Shown: one piece after another, positions 1 to 13,497 of the stretch
Numbering within the stretch: the stretch's first letter is position 1
Layout: each line of letters starts with the position of its first letter
Source: Octopus sinensis
Lineage: Eukaryota
Direction of reading: 5' to 3'
NCBI RefSeq assembly: GCF_006345805.1
Contig: NC_043017.1
Location: 20,646,001-20,710,000 of the forward strand
DNA length: 64,000 nucleotides
Translations under genes and position numbers: made by a program
Notes under the pieces: generated by a model
What the model saw: only the letters and a program-made list of their open reading frames with translations
The model's database searches: none
Told to the model about the DNA's origin: nothing

Positions 1-184
1 ATTTTCTTGATGTATTCATATATTATGTCATAACATACAATCCACCAACTTCAGATAAAATTTTAAACAAGTATCAAACAGGTGAGATACATTGTTCATG
101 ATGAATCCATCCAACATTGCTGGATAAATGCTATCATACATAATCATTTGTGCATCATTTGTGCATACATATATATAAGTATAT

Positions 185-223
<39 letters not shown>

Positions 224-383
224 GACAGGCTTCTTTCAATTTCTGTCTGCCAAGTTCACTCACAAGGCTTTGGTCAGCCTGAGGCTATTGTAGATGTTTG
301 CCTAAGGTGCCATGCAGTGGGACTGAACTTGGAACCATGCGGTTAGTAAGCAAGCTACTTAACACACAGCCACTCCTGTGCCT
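224..383 (-). mobile_element. SINE family A (tRNA-like head), 5' half
   Basis: Reverse complement of the GGCACAGGAGTGGCTGTGTG...GGTTCCAAGTTCAGTCCCACTGC...CCTT(A/G)GGCAA head seen in more than 12 copies in this window. Confidence 0.85.
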
Positions 384-1366
384 ACTATGTATGTATATAT
401 ATATGTATATACACACACAAACACATGAAGACACTCTCCACACTTGTATATACAACTGTATATAAGCACACACTTTTACATTATATACATACATATATAT
501 GTATATACATATATATACACACACTCACATTTTTATAGACACATTACTTAAAACTATACAGAGAAAAAGAAGTTCTACTTTATTTAGCATTAATTTAAAT
601 TTTAAATATTTATGGAAGAAAAGAATAGTTTTTGCTTCTAAGAATTCTGTTTTCTTTCCTTCAAAATATCAATAAATAAATTAACGTTATAGAGAGCGTG
701 TGTGTGGTGTTTTTTGTTGAAACATCAATAAATTAATTATATATATATGTGTGTTGGTGTAAGTGTGTGTATATCCATTCCTATCTATATGTATATGTGT
801 GTGTGAGAGGGGTTATAGATTTATGTATATGCATGCATAAATGTATATCTAAGGTGATAGCTCACCATGATGTGTGTATATGCATAAAAAGATTATTTAA
901 CTATATGTATATATATATGAGTGTGTGTGTGTGTGTGATACACACACACACATACACACATTCACACACACATGTATATGCATACACATAAATGTATATG
1001 CAAGAGAACAGCTCTCTCTTAGATATATAAGTATGTAATATTAAATGTGTATATTTATGCACATTTATACACACACACACACATATATATATGTATGTAT
1101 GTATGTATGTTTGTATATATGTACATATATAAACATGTAAATATATATATACTTTTATACATATACATACATGCATATATATATATATATATTCATATTT
1201 ATATATACAGACATATATGTGCTCTAACAATAACAATAATAATTTTATGTTAGCCATTGCATACATATCTATATCAATAGTTACATCTATATCTATCTGA
1301 CTTTATATATATATATGTGTGTGTGTATATATATATATCATCATTGTTTATTAATCACGTATCTGT

Positions 1367-1752
1367 TATCATCATCATTGTTCGACCATGGCCGAGACAA
1401 TGGAATTCACCATGTTACGCCAGAATTCACGGTCCATCATAGCATTACGGAGGTCCTGTTGCTGGATGCCTGTATCCCTGGAGATTATATCATGGTAGGA
1501 GAGTGTGCGCCCTCTGGCATCGCGAGCAGATGGCTTCCAGAGGAGAAGAGTAGAAATTACCTCGTTTTCAGCTCTATAACAATGTCCAGCAAACTGGACT
1601 CTCCTACCTTTCACAAGAGATGATACAGGTGGTAGTTTCCCATATATTTGTACTCTGGTTGGACGACGCTTCTACGAGAGATTTTAAGCTCTCATAAGGA
1701 GGTGAGTGTAAGTTCCATCCAACCGCTCTCAAGCTTCTTTGATAAGGTATCT
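1367..1752 (-). mobile_element. RTE-clade LINE, 3' fragment
   Basis: Decayed ORF ...RLDGTYTHLLMRA*NLS*KRRPTRVQIYGKLPPVSSLVKGRRVQFAGHCYRAENEVISTLLLW...MMDREFWRNMV; RTE-like C-terminus with (GAT)n tail. Confidence 0.85.
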
Positions 1753-1803
1753 GTTATGTCTCTAGTGCTTATATATATATATATATATATATATATAGAT
1801 AGT

Positions 1804-1872
1804 AGGCACAGGAGTGGCTGTGTGTTAAGTAGCTTACTAACTGCATGGTTTCAGGTTCAGTCCCACTGCATT
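1804..1872 (+). mobile_element. SINE A head fragment
   Basis: GGCACAGGAGTGGCTGTGTGTTAAG...GGTTCAGTCCCACTGC. Confidence 0.75.
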
Positions 1873-2043
1873 GTACTTTATCTCATGTAAACAAAACAAC
1901 AAAATCAACCAAAAGAAAGATTTTTTTTGCATATGAACAAGATCATAACAATGTTGATTCATAACGTAAACAGAACAGATCAGGAAAAACTTCTCGCAGA
2001 CTGGTCTACCATCTGACCAAGGTACTGGTGCCTGTACCATTGC

Positions 2044-2627
2044 CACAATGGTACTAGCAGCACCACTGTGCTAGTACTAATACCATTGTATGACTACAAA
2101 TTGCTGCTGTTCTAGTAATGCCACCACCAGCTACCATTGCTGTACCATAACTACCATCACCACTGTACTAGTATGCCTTTCTTTGTTGCTGCTATCACCA
2201 CCACCACCACCGCCACAACTGCAGTGTCGCTAGCATTGGTGCCAGCATCACTACTGTCCTCTACACAACCATTTCTACACCACCACCTCCACCACTGGTA
2301 CACTCTACCATAATCACCGCTGCAACCACCACTGCCACCAACACCACCACCTCTAGTGCTACTACTACCACTACTACTGCTATCACTGCAACCACCACCA
2401 CCACCTCTAGTGCTACTACTACCACTACTACTGCTATCACTGCCACCGCCAATGCTACCAACACCACCACCACCACCACTACCACTACCATTACTATAAT
2501 GGCTTCACCAATGCTACCACCTAACTGTATAAGCACCGCTGCCACCACCACCACTACCACCACCACTATTACTACTACTACCACCATCATTGTAATGACA
2601 TCATCAATACCTCCACCCCAACGGTAT

Positions 2628-2659
<32 letters not shown>

Positions 2660-2690
2660 CAGCAGCAGCAGCAGCAGCGACGCCGCCGCC
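2044..2690. repeat. (ACC/ACT)n low-complexity tract with a 54-bp internal duplication, then (CAG)n
   Basis: CCACCTCTAGTGCTACTACTACCACTACTACTGCTATCACTGC occurs twice at 54-bp spacing; CAG run at about 2628-2680. Confidence 0.85.
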
Positions 2691-2964
2691 GTAGTCCTTA
2701 TTACTGTAATCATCATCGTCATCATCGTTGTCGTCATTGTCCTTACATGTGTTTTGTTTGGTGAGATGGAGAAATAATATTTTATTACATAATAATATCC
2801 TTTGGCTTCTAAAGCAAACAAATGGTGTGGACTGGAGATAAACAAAAGACACACACACACACACACACACACACACTACAGTAACATACATACATACATA
2901 CATACATACATACATGTTATATAATATATATAATTTATATTATTGTATGATATATTATTTTGTG

Positions 2965-3007
<43 letters not shown>

Positions 3008-3570
3008 TATACATATGTACAGTAACATATATATTCATATATATTGTATATATATTATATTATATATATGTATAAAAAATATATATAAAAATACAAAATG
3101 GGACAAGAACGCAATACATATATATACACACGGTGACATGCATATATATATATATATTTATATAATTATATACATTTGTATGTATGTAAGTATGTAGTAT
3201 GTATGTGTGTATATTCTTGTATATGAACTGTAATATATATACTGCAGCAAACACAATTAGAGACCCACACATTAACACACACACAGTAACTATATACATA
3301 CACAGACAGTTTCCTTGCCACACACACACACACACATTTGCATGCTAACACACAGTAACCCATATATATATATATATATACAGACACACATTCATTCATT
3401 GATGCAGATTCTAAACAGCCTTTTTCTCCATCTATCCCTCCATACCCAAACATATAGTTACATAAACCCATACTAACATTATACACATTGACAGACATAT
3501 ATGTATATACGTATACTAGAACATACAGAAAAATCATAAACATACGCACACACATCCACCCATATATTAC

Positions 3571-3624
<54 letters not shown>

Positions 3625-3771
3625 TATATACATACATATATGTATGTATATTTATATATATACACATACACACACAATTACATATCAACATATTAATGTA
3701 GAACACCCTAACATACTTATGTATATACTCATGTTACCACTAACTCACATTATCCCAAACGTACATACATG

Positions 3772-3805
<34 letters not shown>

Positions 3806-4241
3806 ACATTCATATGCACATGCATATGTATATACACACATGTATATACACATATGTATATACGCACATGCATATGTATATACACACATGCATGCATAGA
3901 TACATACATTCACACATGCATACATACAAACATGCATACATACTTACCTACATACATAGATGCATACATAATCATATGTACAGGCACATACACGGAAATA
4001 CATACATAACATTCATACGTACATACATACATACATGTGTACATATGTACATACACACACACATTCATTCATAAACAAACACAAACACAGGCATACATTA
4101 ATGAATTAACGCATGCAGGTCAACACACATGCTATGGTGAGTGTATACGCATCTAGGTTTTTAGTAGATGCGTATAGATACACTACCAGACAAAGATATA
4201 CACACTAACAGTCACACACACAAATACACAAATATACATAC

Positions 4242-4272
<31 letters not shown>

Positions 4273-5127
4273 CACTTACATATGTATATACACACATACA
4301 TATGTATATATACACACACACTAACAGATAAATATATACACTAACATGAGTATCTGTATGTATGTATTTATGGATGTGTGTGTGTGTGGGTATTTGTATA
4401 CGTGTGCAATAGTCTGTCAGAGACGCACTAATAAACACATATACACAAACACACACACTCCCAAACACACAAGCACACACTTAAACACACATTTACACAC
4501 ACACACACACTCAAACACACACATAGACAAACATAAACCTAAGCACACATACACACAAAGTGCCTTTCAGATATTGATGCAATTCCAATTTTTCAAAGAA
4601 ATAAAGAGGTTTTTTTATTTTATTTATTTATTTAACATCCTTTACAACACAGAAACATTTTTTTTTTGAACATTCAGCTTTTGTTTGTTTACATCACTTT
4701 ACTTCTCCCTCGCTTTCTGCATGTGCGTATATACACATATATGAATACGAGTGTGTACACATGTGTATGTACCTATGCACCTACATACACAAATATATAT
4801 ATATATACATGTGCTTATACATAAATATGTCCATGTGTGTGTGTGTTTGTGTTTATACATGCATATATATGTATGTTTGTTTTTTTATGTTGAGTTTAAT
4901 AAAATCAATTTAACATTATACTGAAAAATTACTCAACACTTATTTTTGCAGATAGAGTGCAAGTTACACTCTAAGTAGAAAAGTGATAGTGACTTTGAAG
5001 TATCTGTATCCATTTGCCTTTATTGGTGTCCAATTGTTTGATATAGTTAACTAAATTTGTTTTAACACTGAGTGCTTTATTGATATCTGCCAGGATTCTT
5101 TGATCCTTTTGTCTTCTTATATAAACA

Positions 5128-5575
5128 TAAATATATATTAGAGGGAAACCACCATGCGGACACCCATATGCTAGAAATAGATCTGTTATGGTGACACCAC
5201 GTCCTAGTATGCAGTCCTGCAAGTTATATTCACCTTGGACGGTCGTACCGATGATCTACGGACAATTACGTAAGTAAGATTGTGTAACTTGTTGATAGTG
5301 AAACATGTATACGAATAATCCATATTTTTATCACTTTTTCTTTTGTCTTGTTTGATTACATTTTGGTTGTTTTGCTGAATTTTTCTTGAGAACATTTCTT
5401 GGTGGTGAGACTGTCGCGGATCTATTTCTAGAATATGGGTGTCCACATGGTGGTTTCCCTCTAATATATATATAATACAATTTTACTGAACCTTCATTTT
5501 TTTTATGCTAGACCACTGGTGTGAAATCAATATTAATTAAATTAATATCTAATTTCTGACCCTTATTTTAAATTT
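5128..5575 (-). mobile_element. Family E-like repeat with an inverted partial self-copy (possible PLE pLTR remnant)
   Basis: 5131-5183 and 5419-5471 are 53-nt inverted repeats with 2 mismatches; the minus strand of 5330-5575 aligns by eye with 16991-17172 and 53845-54080. Confidence 0.6.
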
Positions 5576-5972
5576 ATATAAATATATATATATATATATA
5601 TATAAATGTAAATACATATATATGTACATATATACGTATGTTGATATACGTAAATATACATTATACAATGCAGAGTTTATAATATAAAAGAAAATCCTTA
5701 AACGGCCATACTGAGGGATATATATCAAGTTTAGACCCTGAAGAGAATGCATCGTTTTATAAGAGGGTTACAATTTCAAGGATTACTAATTGGTGCAATA
5801 GAAACACGTGTTGGTCTTAAAAGGTGGTATATGATTATAGAACCAAAGGTAATGCTATTGGCAATTCAGTGTGATCCTTAGTTTTGATATTGGCAATATT
5901 TATATTCCAGGAAACCGTTATGGTTAAGGAAATATATTCAGAATTATCCAATGGAATATTCCTCTAATTTCT

Positions 5973-6200
5973 AATTTCTTTAATGTCCGCAAGAGCCTAA
6001 ACATAGAGGGGACAAACAAGGACAGACAAATGGATTAAGTTGATTACATCGACCCCAGTGCATAACTGGTACTTAATTTATTGACCCAGAAAGGAAGAAA
6101 GCCAAAGTCGACCTCGGCGGAATTTGAACTCAGAACATAACGGCAGATGAAATATTGCAAAGCATTTTGCTCGACGTACTAACGTTTCTGCCAGCTCGCC
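5973..6200 (-). mobile_element. SINE family B, full length
   Basis: Reverse complement of GGCGAGCTGGCAGAAACGTTAG...GAGTTCAAATTCCGCCGAGGTCGACTTTG...GTCTGTCCTTGTTTGTCCCC. Confidence 0.9.
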
Positions 6201-6277
6201 GCCTATAGAGATAGAGACGAAGGTGAAAAAGAGAGATAAGAAAAAAAAACAGATAAACAAAAACAAAAACAAAGAAT

Positions 6278-6400
6278 TGACCTCAGGATCGAAATGGTAG
6301 TTTAGTTATCGAGCCCCAGAGAAATAAAAAGAAAAGTTAACCATGGTGCGATTTGAATCCAGAGAACAGAGAACTAGAATGAATGCTACAAGTCACTGCA
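6278..6400 (-). mobile_element. Decayed SINE B fragment
   Basis: Aligns by eye to the B core (TTATCGA.CCC...AAAG..AACC...GATTTGAA.CCAG). Confidence 0.5.
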
Positions 6401-6675
6401 TGCACTTCCTGTTCCCCACCCACCTACAAAATGAGGTGGGGATGTTTTTATGCTGTGTCCATCCTTATATGACCCGGGGTTATACAACAATCGAATTGTG
6501 GGTGGATTGCTGCCTAAAGAGTTGTAAGCAGTGAGTTTCCTACCAACAAGTATTCCATTGTTCCCTTATTCTTTTATTCCCCTGCCCTGTCTGCTACCAC
6601 CACTATTATTTCATTATTCTCTTATTCTGTTACTCTCCTCCTTTCTCTGTCTCTCTATCTATCTTTCTCTCTCGT

Positions 6676-6711
<36 letters not shown>

Positions 6712-7107
6712 ACATCTGGTGATGAAACAATGTCTGGACTGGGATTTATTGAGGATGAGTAAGTTGAGGAGGAGGAGGAGGAGGAGGAAGAGGATGGCCC
6801 TCAGTTGAGATCATTCATGGAATGGGGATGATGTGGGTAGAAAGACTGGGTGGAAGAGAGACGGGGTAGGAGGGAAACAGTGGTAGGGTGAGAGGGAGAC
6901 TGCAGAGAAAGGGTCAGGTGTGAAGGAAGATTACAGAAATGGTAGAAAAGATGATAGATAATAGATAGATAGATAGAGAGAGAGAGGGGGGGAATGCGAT
7001 TGTAAATGAAGGATCAGGGGTGATGGAAGAGTAAAGGAGGGGGTAAGAAAGATTGAAGAGGGACAGAAAGAAAGGAAGGTAGATAGATAGATAGCAAGAT
7101 AGATAGA

Positions 7108-7148
<41 letters not shown>

Positions 7149-7274
7149 GAGGAAAGAATGTGATTACAAAAGAAGGATCTGGGGTGATGAAAGAGTACAA
7201 GAGTGGTAAGAAAGATTGAAAGAGAGAAAGAAAGATAGATAATAGAGAGAGAGAGAGAGAGAGAGAGAATTACA

Positions 7275-7309
<35 letters not shown>

Positions 7310-7756
7310 GATAGGAAGATAGAGAGAGAGGGGGAGAGAGAGAAATATAAGATATATATATATATATGTATGTGTATATATATATTATATATATCGATAG
7401 GAATATAGAGAGAGGGAGAGAGAGCAAGAGAGAGAGAAATAGAGGTGTAGAAGGCCTATTGTGTAAACTCCTGAAAGGTGTTGTGTTCCTACAGATCATG
7501 GAAAAGGGGTCAAGGCAGAGAATACAGGGCATGGGTATGTGAGTGTAGTTAGTAGGGTGGTGGTGGTGGTGGTGCCAGAAGGGTTTAGAGCAAAGAAGGT
7601 GTGGTTGTGTGTAGGTGTATGTGGTGGTGTGGTGTGTGGGGGGGGGCAGGAAAGAAGAACAAAAATCTAGCCATGATGATGAGGGCCAGGGTGGAAAGAA
7701 TGGGTGGCAGGGTGGGAAGATGTCTGGTAGAAGGAATCTGGAATATGAGTAGACAA

Positions 7757-7945
7757 TGCTGTTGTTGGTGTTGTTGTTGTTTAGCACCAGGTTAGGGCCC
7801 TGATTGAGCAGATTTATGATCAAAAGCATTCCATCCATGACCAACCTGTGTTATAATCATCTGGGTTTTTTTTGTATTTTCATTAAATGTGCAAGAAACT
7901 AAGGACTACATTATGTAGGAATGTGTCGTTTTGTCTAAGGCGTTG
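7757..7945 (-). mobile_element. Repeat family F (SINE-like, (AAC)n tail)
   Basis: Tail ...CCTGGTGCTAAACAACAAC, matching copies at 35185 and 39600. Confidence 0.65.
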
Positions 7946-8849
7946 GGGTGGATGTCTTACATTTTAGGAGAGATTAGTTAACTGCTATTTCTTGTAAGCC
8001 AAATGACCACATAGAGGCTCTCTCTCTCTCTCATTGGTTGCAACAGTCTATGAGTGTTACTGTGGTCACAACAAATAACATAAATATACATATATGTATA
8101 AATATACATACACATACATAGATATATATACATACATACATAAATATACACACACACATACATAGATATACATATATACATATAAGTATACACATACATA
8201 TACATACATATACATACATACATACATAAATATACACACACACATACATAAATATACATACATATACATATGTGTATAAATATACACACATACATAGATA
8301 TACATACATACATACACATAAATATACACACACACACACATACATAGATATACATATATACATATATAGAAATATACACACATACATATACATACATATA
8401 CACATATGTATAAATATACACACATACATAGATATACGTACATATATATATAAATATATACATACACATACTCACACACATATGCACATGTGCATACACA
8501 CACACACACACACACACATGGATCAAATGCAATAAAAAAGGAGCCAAAACAAAACGTAAAAGTAAACAAATAAATACAAATAAACAAAAGAGATAAACAA
8601 ATAAACAAACAGGGGGTGTTGGTGTTGGTGGTGGTTGGGGTGATGGTGATTGGGGGTGAAGCATCCACCTATTGTGGGTGGCTTTGTGTTTGTACTGGAG
8701 AGGATAATAGAGAGAAGCGGAAATGATAATGATGATGATGTTGATGATGATGAGGGAGGGAGGGGTGGGAAAAGGTAAGCAGAAGATTGTATTAAGGAGG
8801 GCGAGTGAATGTACATGTGTGTGTGTGTGTGTGTATGTGTGCGTGAATG

Positions 8850-9065
8850 TGTCTGTGAGTCTGAACTAGTGTGTGTGTGTGTGTGTGTATGTGTGTGTGA
8901 ATGTGTCTGTGAGTCTGAACTGTGTGTGTGTGTGTGTATGTGTGCGTGAATGTGTCTGTGAGTCTGAACTAGTGTGTGCGTGTATGTATGCATGAATGTG
9001 TATGTGAGTCTGAACTAGCGTGTGTGTGTGTATGTGTGTGAATGTGTCTGTGAGTCTGAACTAGT
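8850..9065. repeat. Minisatellite block 1: GTCTGTGAGTCTGAACTAG in a (GT)n matrix
   Basis: Five copies at about 50-bp spacing. Confidence 0.9.
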
Positions 9066-9519
9066 GTGTGTATGTGTGCGTGAATGTGTGTGTGAGGATT
9101 TGTGTATAAGAGTATGATTGGACTGTGTGTGTAACTGTGTATGAGTATATGTGTGTGTGGTTCTGTATGTCTGAGTGTGTGTGATATTGTATGTGTGTGT
9201 GCATTTTGTGTATGCGTGAGTATGGCGAGAATGAATGTGTATGTATGTGTATGGGTGTATTTGTGTGGGGTGAGTGTGCGTGTGTGCGTGTACTTGGGAA
9301 GGGGTAAAAGTGTGTCAATGTTGTTGTTGAAGTTGAGCTCCCAAGCTGGAGCTCAATGAGTGGACCAATGAGAGGCAGAGTGAGTGGATGGGGGCGGTCA
9401 AGGGAATGGATGGGGGCAAGAAAGAGTACAGGTGTGCATGTGTATGTATATATGAAAGAAAGAAAATTGAGTGAATGGTGTGTGTGTATGTGTGTGTGTG
9501 TGTGTATGTGTGCATGTAT

Positions 9520-9860
9520 GTGTCTGTGAATCTGAACTAGTGTGTGTGTGTGTGTATGTGTGCATGTATGTGTTTGTGAGTCTGAACTAGTGTGTGTGTG
9601 TGTGCGTGTATGTGTGCATGTATGTGTCTGTGAATCTGAACTAGTGTGTGTGTGTGTGTGTATGTGTGCATGTATGTGTCTGTGAGTCTGAACTAGTGTG
9701 TGTGTGTGTGTATGTGTGCATGTATGTGTTTGTGAGTCTGAACTAGTGTGTGTGTGTGTGTGTGTGCGTGTATGTGTGCATGTATGTGTCTGTGAATCTG
9801 AACTAGTGTGTGTGTGTGTGTGTATGTGTGCATGTATGTGTCTGTGAGTCTGAACTAGTG
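9520..9860. repeat. Minisatellite block 2 with higher-order structure
   Basis: Seven copies of the same motif, variants GTCTGTGAAT / GTTTGTGAGT / GTCTGTGAGT. Confidence 0.9.
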
Positions 9861-10144
9861 TGTGTGTGTGTGTTTGTATAGGTGAACGATGGGTCGATGC
9901 GCTTTTTCCATCCAGAGCAAGATGAAGAAAAAAAAAAAAAACTTTTGTGATTTTCCATTTGGGACCTGATTCCCGGCTTCGATAAGGGCTGCGTTGGGCT
10001 TTGGCAAATTTAATGAAGTAGACATTTAGGCATCAACTGATGCTGGCTGTATCCATGTGAAATTTTTCAAACATCAATTGATAATGTCTGCTGTTCTCTG
10101 CCAAAACATTAAATGATGATATCTGCCATATAAGGTTTAAGGAA

Positions 10145-10362
10145 GCAAGCTCACAGGATTGTTAGTGCGTGGGACGAAATGCTTAATGTTATTTCTTCTG
10201 ACTTTAAATTCTGAGATCAAATTCCATTGAGGTCGACTTTTCATTCTTTTCATTCTTTTGGGGGCCGTCAATAAAATAAATATCAGTTGAGCAACGGGGT
10301 CCCTGTCATTGACTATCTCCCCCACCCCCAAATTTCAGACCTTGTGCCTAGAGTTAAAATAA
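10145..10362 (+). mobile_element. SINE B' (alternative tail ...AAATTTCAGACCTTGTGCC)
   Basis: B head and core followed by the B' tail. Confidence 0.75.
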
Positions 10363-10363
10363 C

Positions 10364-10620
10364 AATGATGATGATGATGATGATGATGAGGAGGAGGAGG
10401 AGGAGGAGGAGGAGGAAGAGGAGAAGAAGGAGAAGAAGAAGAAAAAGAAGAGGAGGAGGAAGAAGAAGAAGAAGAGGAACAGGAGGAAGAAGAAGAAGAA
10501 GAAGAAGAACAGGAGGAAGAAGAAGAAGAAGAAGAAGAAGAAGAAGAAGAAGGAAGAAGAAGAAGAAGAAGAAGAAGTGGAAGAAGAAGAAGAAGAAGAA
10601 GAAGAAGAAGAAGAAGAACT
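10364..10620. repeat. Compound (GAT)n(GAG)n(GAA)n microsatellite
   Basis: Direct reading; source of the polyM/R/K ORF. Confidence 0.95.
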
Positions 10621-10754
10621 GCTGGATGGATCCGGATGAAACTTACAGGAATGTTTTGCCTCATGACTGGCACAAGCTGATTAGATTTTGGGATTTTGAA
10701 ACCGAAATCATTATTATTAATTGAATGATGGTTTAGTAGAACCATGGCTGGTGG

Positions 10755-10930
10755 GGAGGGGGTGGCTTAGTGGTTGGGGTGATGGACTCATGATTGTAAA
10801 ATTGAGGTTTCAATTCCTGGACTGGGTACACACTGTGTTCTTGAGCAAAACACTTCCATTCATACTGCTCCAGTCCACTCAGCTGACAAAAATGAATAAC
10901 CCTGCGATGGACCAGTGTACCATCCAGGTT
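10755..10930 (+). mobile_element. tRNA-headed CORE-type SINE (family C-related)
   Basis: A box TGGCTTAGTGG, B box GGTTTCAATTCC, CORE-like TGTGTTCTTGAGCAAAACACTT...CCAGTCCACTCAGCTG. Confidence 0.75.
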
Positions 10931-11245
10931 TGGAATTTATGTGCCAAGGGAACTGGGAAAATGGCCCTTGATTTGGAACGACTCAAGAAGATAACTTTAC
11001 CTTTATTTTTTCTGAAACATCAAAGCATTAAACAAAATGCTTAGCGGCATTTCTTTTGGCTTCTGGGTTTTAAAGGGGCACCACTTTGGGGTCTGCAGTA
11101 GGCAATATGTGATTTTTGTGTGGTCCGGTGGGGTGGAAAATGGAAGGGTGGCACACCCCAAGTGGCATACACACAAGCTACATAGTGCTGCAGGGTCGAC
11201 AAAATAAAGTACCAGCCAAATAAGTGGGGGCAGGGCGGTTGACAG

Positions 11246-11477
11246 TAAGAACTGGCAGAAACGTTAGCATACCGGTCGAAATGCTCAGTGCTATTTTGTC
11301 TGCCGCTACGTTCTGAGTTCAAATTCCGCCAAGGTTGACTTTGCCTTTCATCCTTTTGGGGTCGATTAAATAAGTACCAGTTACGCACTGGGGTCAATGT
11401 AATCGACTTAATACCTATGTCTGTCCTTGTTTGTCCTCTCTGTGTTTAGCCCCTTGTGGGTAGTAAAGAAATAAGTA
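11246..11477 (+). mobile_element. SINE B, full length
   Basis: Near-consensus copy ending GTAGTAAAGAAATAAGTA. Confidence 0.9.
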
Positions 11478-11899
11478 AGAACTGCCCCGCTTCTCTTCAA
11501 AACTGCTGGCCTTGTGCCTGAATTGGAAACAGTCATTGTTGTTCTTTGTTGTTGCTGTTGTTTCAAAGTTCTTTTCAGGTGAGAAAACAGGTGAGCCACC
11601 CCACCCACCAAAAAAAAAAGAAGAATTAATAAAATAAAATTTACAAAAAAGTAGTGCATTTCTGAAATTTTCTGACAGGAATAATCAGAAACATCTTGAT
11701 TATCAATAAGATAATGAGACTAATGAACGTGATAATGATGGCTGTGACTAGGATGTTGGGGACGAGTAAAGGTGATGGATGATGAGTGATGGATGATGAG
11801 TGATGGATGACAGAGGTTGTAGCATAGAGAGAAAGATTAAAGAAATAGTTATTGTTCTTGGTGGTGAGAGGTAGTGAAAGTAGGTGTGATGTTAGTTCA

Positions 11900-12260
11900 T
11901 GGTGGTGGGAGGTAGTGTCTGGACTGCACCTGGTGGTGGTGGTGGTGGTGGTGGTGATGTTGGAGGTGGCAATGGTATGTAGTGGTTGCAGTGGTGGTAG
12001 CAGTGAGAGGTAGTGACTGTACTGGAGCTGGTGGTGGTGATGGTTGTGGTGGCGGTGGTGGTGGTGATGGTTGTGGTGGTGGTGATGGTGTCGATGGTGG
12101 TGGTGTTCATGGTGGTAGCGGTGGTACCCAGAGATTACACGGGAGGTGGTGGTAGTGGTGATGATGGTGGGAGAAAAGGATTACATTGGTGTTGGTGTGG
12201 TAGTGGTGGTGGTGGTGGTAATGGTTCTCACAGTGGTTGCGGAGGTGAGGGTTAGGTAGT
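11900..12260. repeat. (GGT)n low-complexity tract
   Basis: Direct reading. Confidence 0.85.
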
Positions 12261-13195
12261 AACTTGCACTGGTGTTAGTGGTAATGCTAGCATTTGTGAT
12301 GATCGCATGTGCACTGGCGTAGGTGCACATAGGTGGTACTGGGTGTGAGGTTCGTTGACAGTGGTGGTGATGGTCGCGGTGGTAAGAGGAATGGCATGGA
12401 TTCTTCATGTTTCTTCCACTGGCAAACGACTGTACGCACACACACACACAACACACACACACACACACACACACATGCACATACATACATGCACATGTTC
12501 GCGCAGACAGGTACACGTACCCTACCTTCCACACACCTCTTACACCATTATACTTCAACAATAACATCCGTTACTTTTTTTTTCCTACGTTGCCACGCGA
12601 ATACGCATTCTTTCTATTTTTCATTGTTTTGTTTTTATGCACACACACACACACACACACACACAAAACACACACACACACACACACACACAAAACACAC
12701 ACACACACACAACACATGCACACACAGAGAGACATAAAAAAACATGCAGGGTTGTGTTTTCATAGAGAACCATTTACATATTAACGAGATACTCTCCACA
12801 TTGAAACACACACACACACATGCACACACACACACACACACACACAGTCATGTGTATATACACACACAAACACACGCGCACACACACACACACACATAAA
12901 CAATGACACAAACACACAGACACATGCATAACACCTGGATGCACACACACACACTCGTGCACGCGCGTTCACACACCACACATACACACACACGTACAGC
13001 ACTTGCTGCCTGCAATTATCAAAGCCATTCAGAGTGTCCAAGAGGAAATAAAGACTGCCGGTGATGATGATGATGATGACGATGACGACGGTGATGACGA
13101 TGATGATGATGACGATGATGACGATAAATGGAAGCTTAAATCTCTGCCGGAGTCATAAAGGATACATCCCAGATTAATACAAGAATCAAATAGCA

Positions 13196-13236
<41 letters not shown>

Positions 13237-13497
13237 GGCACACGTACATATACATATTAAGATACACACACATATATCTATATATGTGTGTGTGTCTGTG
13301 CATATGCATATGTGGAAATACATACACCTAACTCTGTAAAATGTACATAGTCAAATGTAAAAATGTATATATATTCTCTTTTACACACATCTGTAAGATG
13401 CATACATGCACATGTGAATGTATGTACCTTTGTATGTGTATCTGTATTTATATTTGCACATGTGTATGTATGTGTATATGCAATGTTTATGTATGTA

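Noticed and set aside
1600-1752. Apparent shared 5' truncation point of the two RTE copies
   Set aside because: The first copy continues about 135 bp further upstream in a stop-disrupted frame; only the ORF calls coincide.
4971-5130. Peptide RILADINKALSVKTNLVNYIKQLDTNKGKWIQ as a retroelement ORF end
   Set aside because: No recognisable motif; too short to assign.
5131-5471. Simple MITE interpretation of the 53-nt inverted repeats
   Set aside because: Homology to family E continues past the right arm to about 5575.
8850-9860. CRISPR-like array
   Set aside because: Spacers are GT repeats rather than unique sequence; eukaryotic context; no cas genes.
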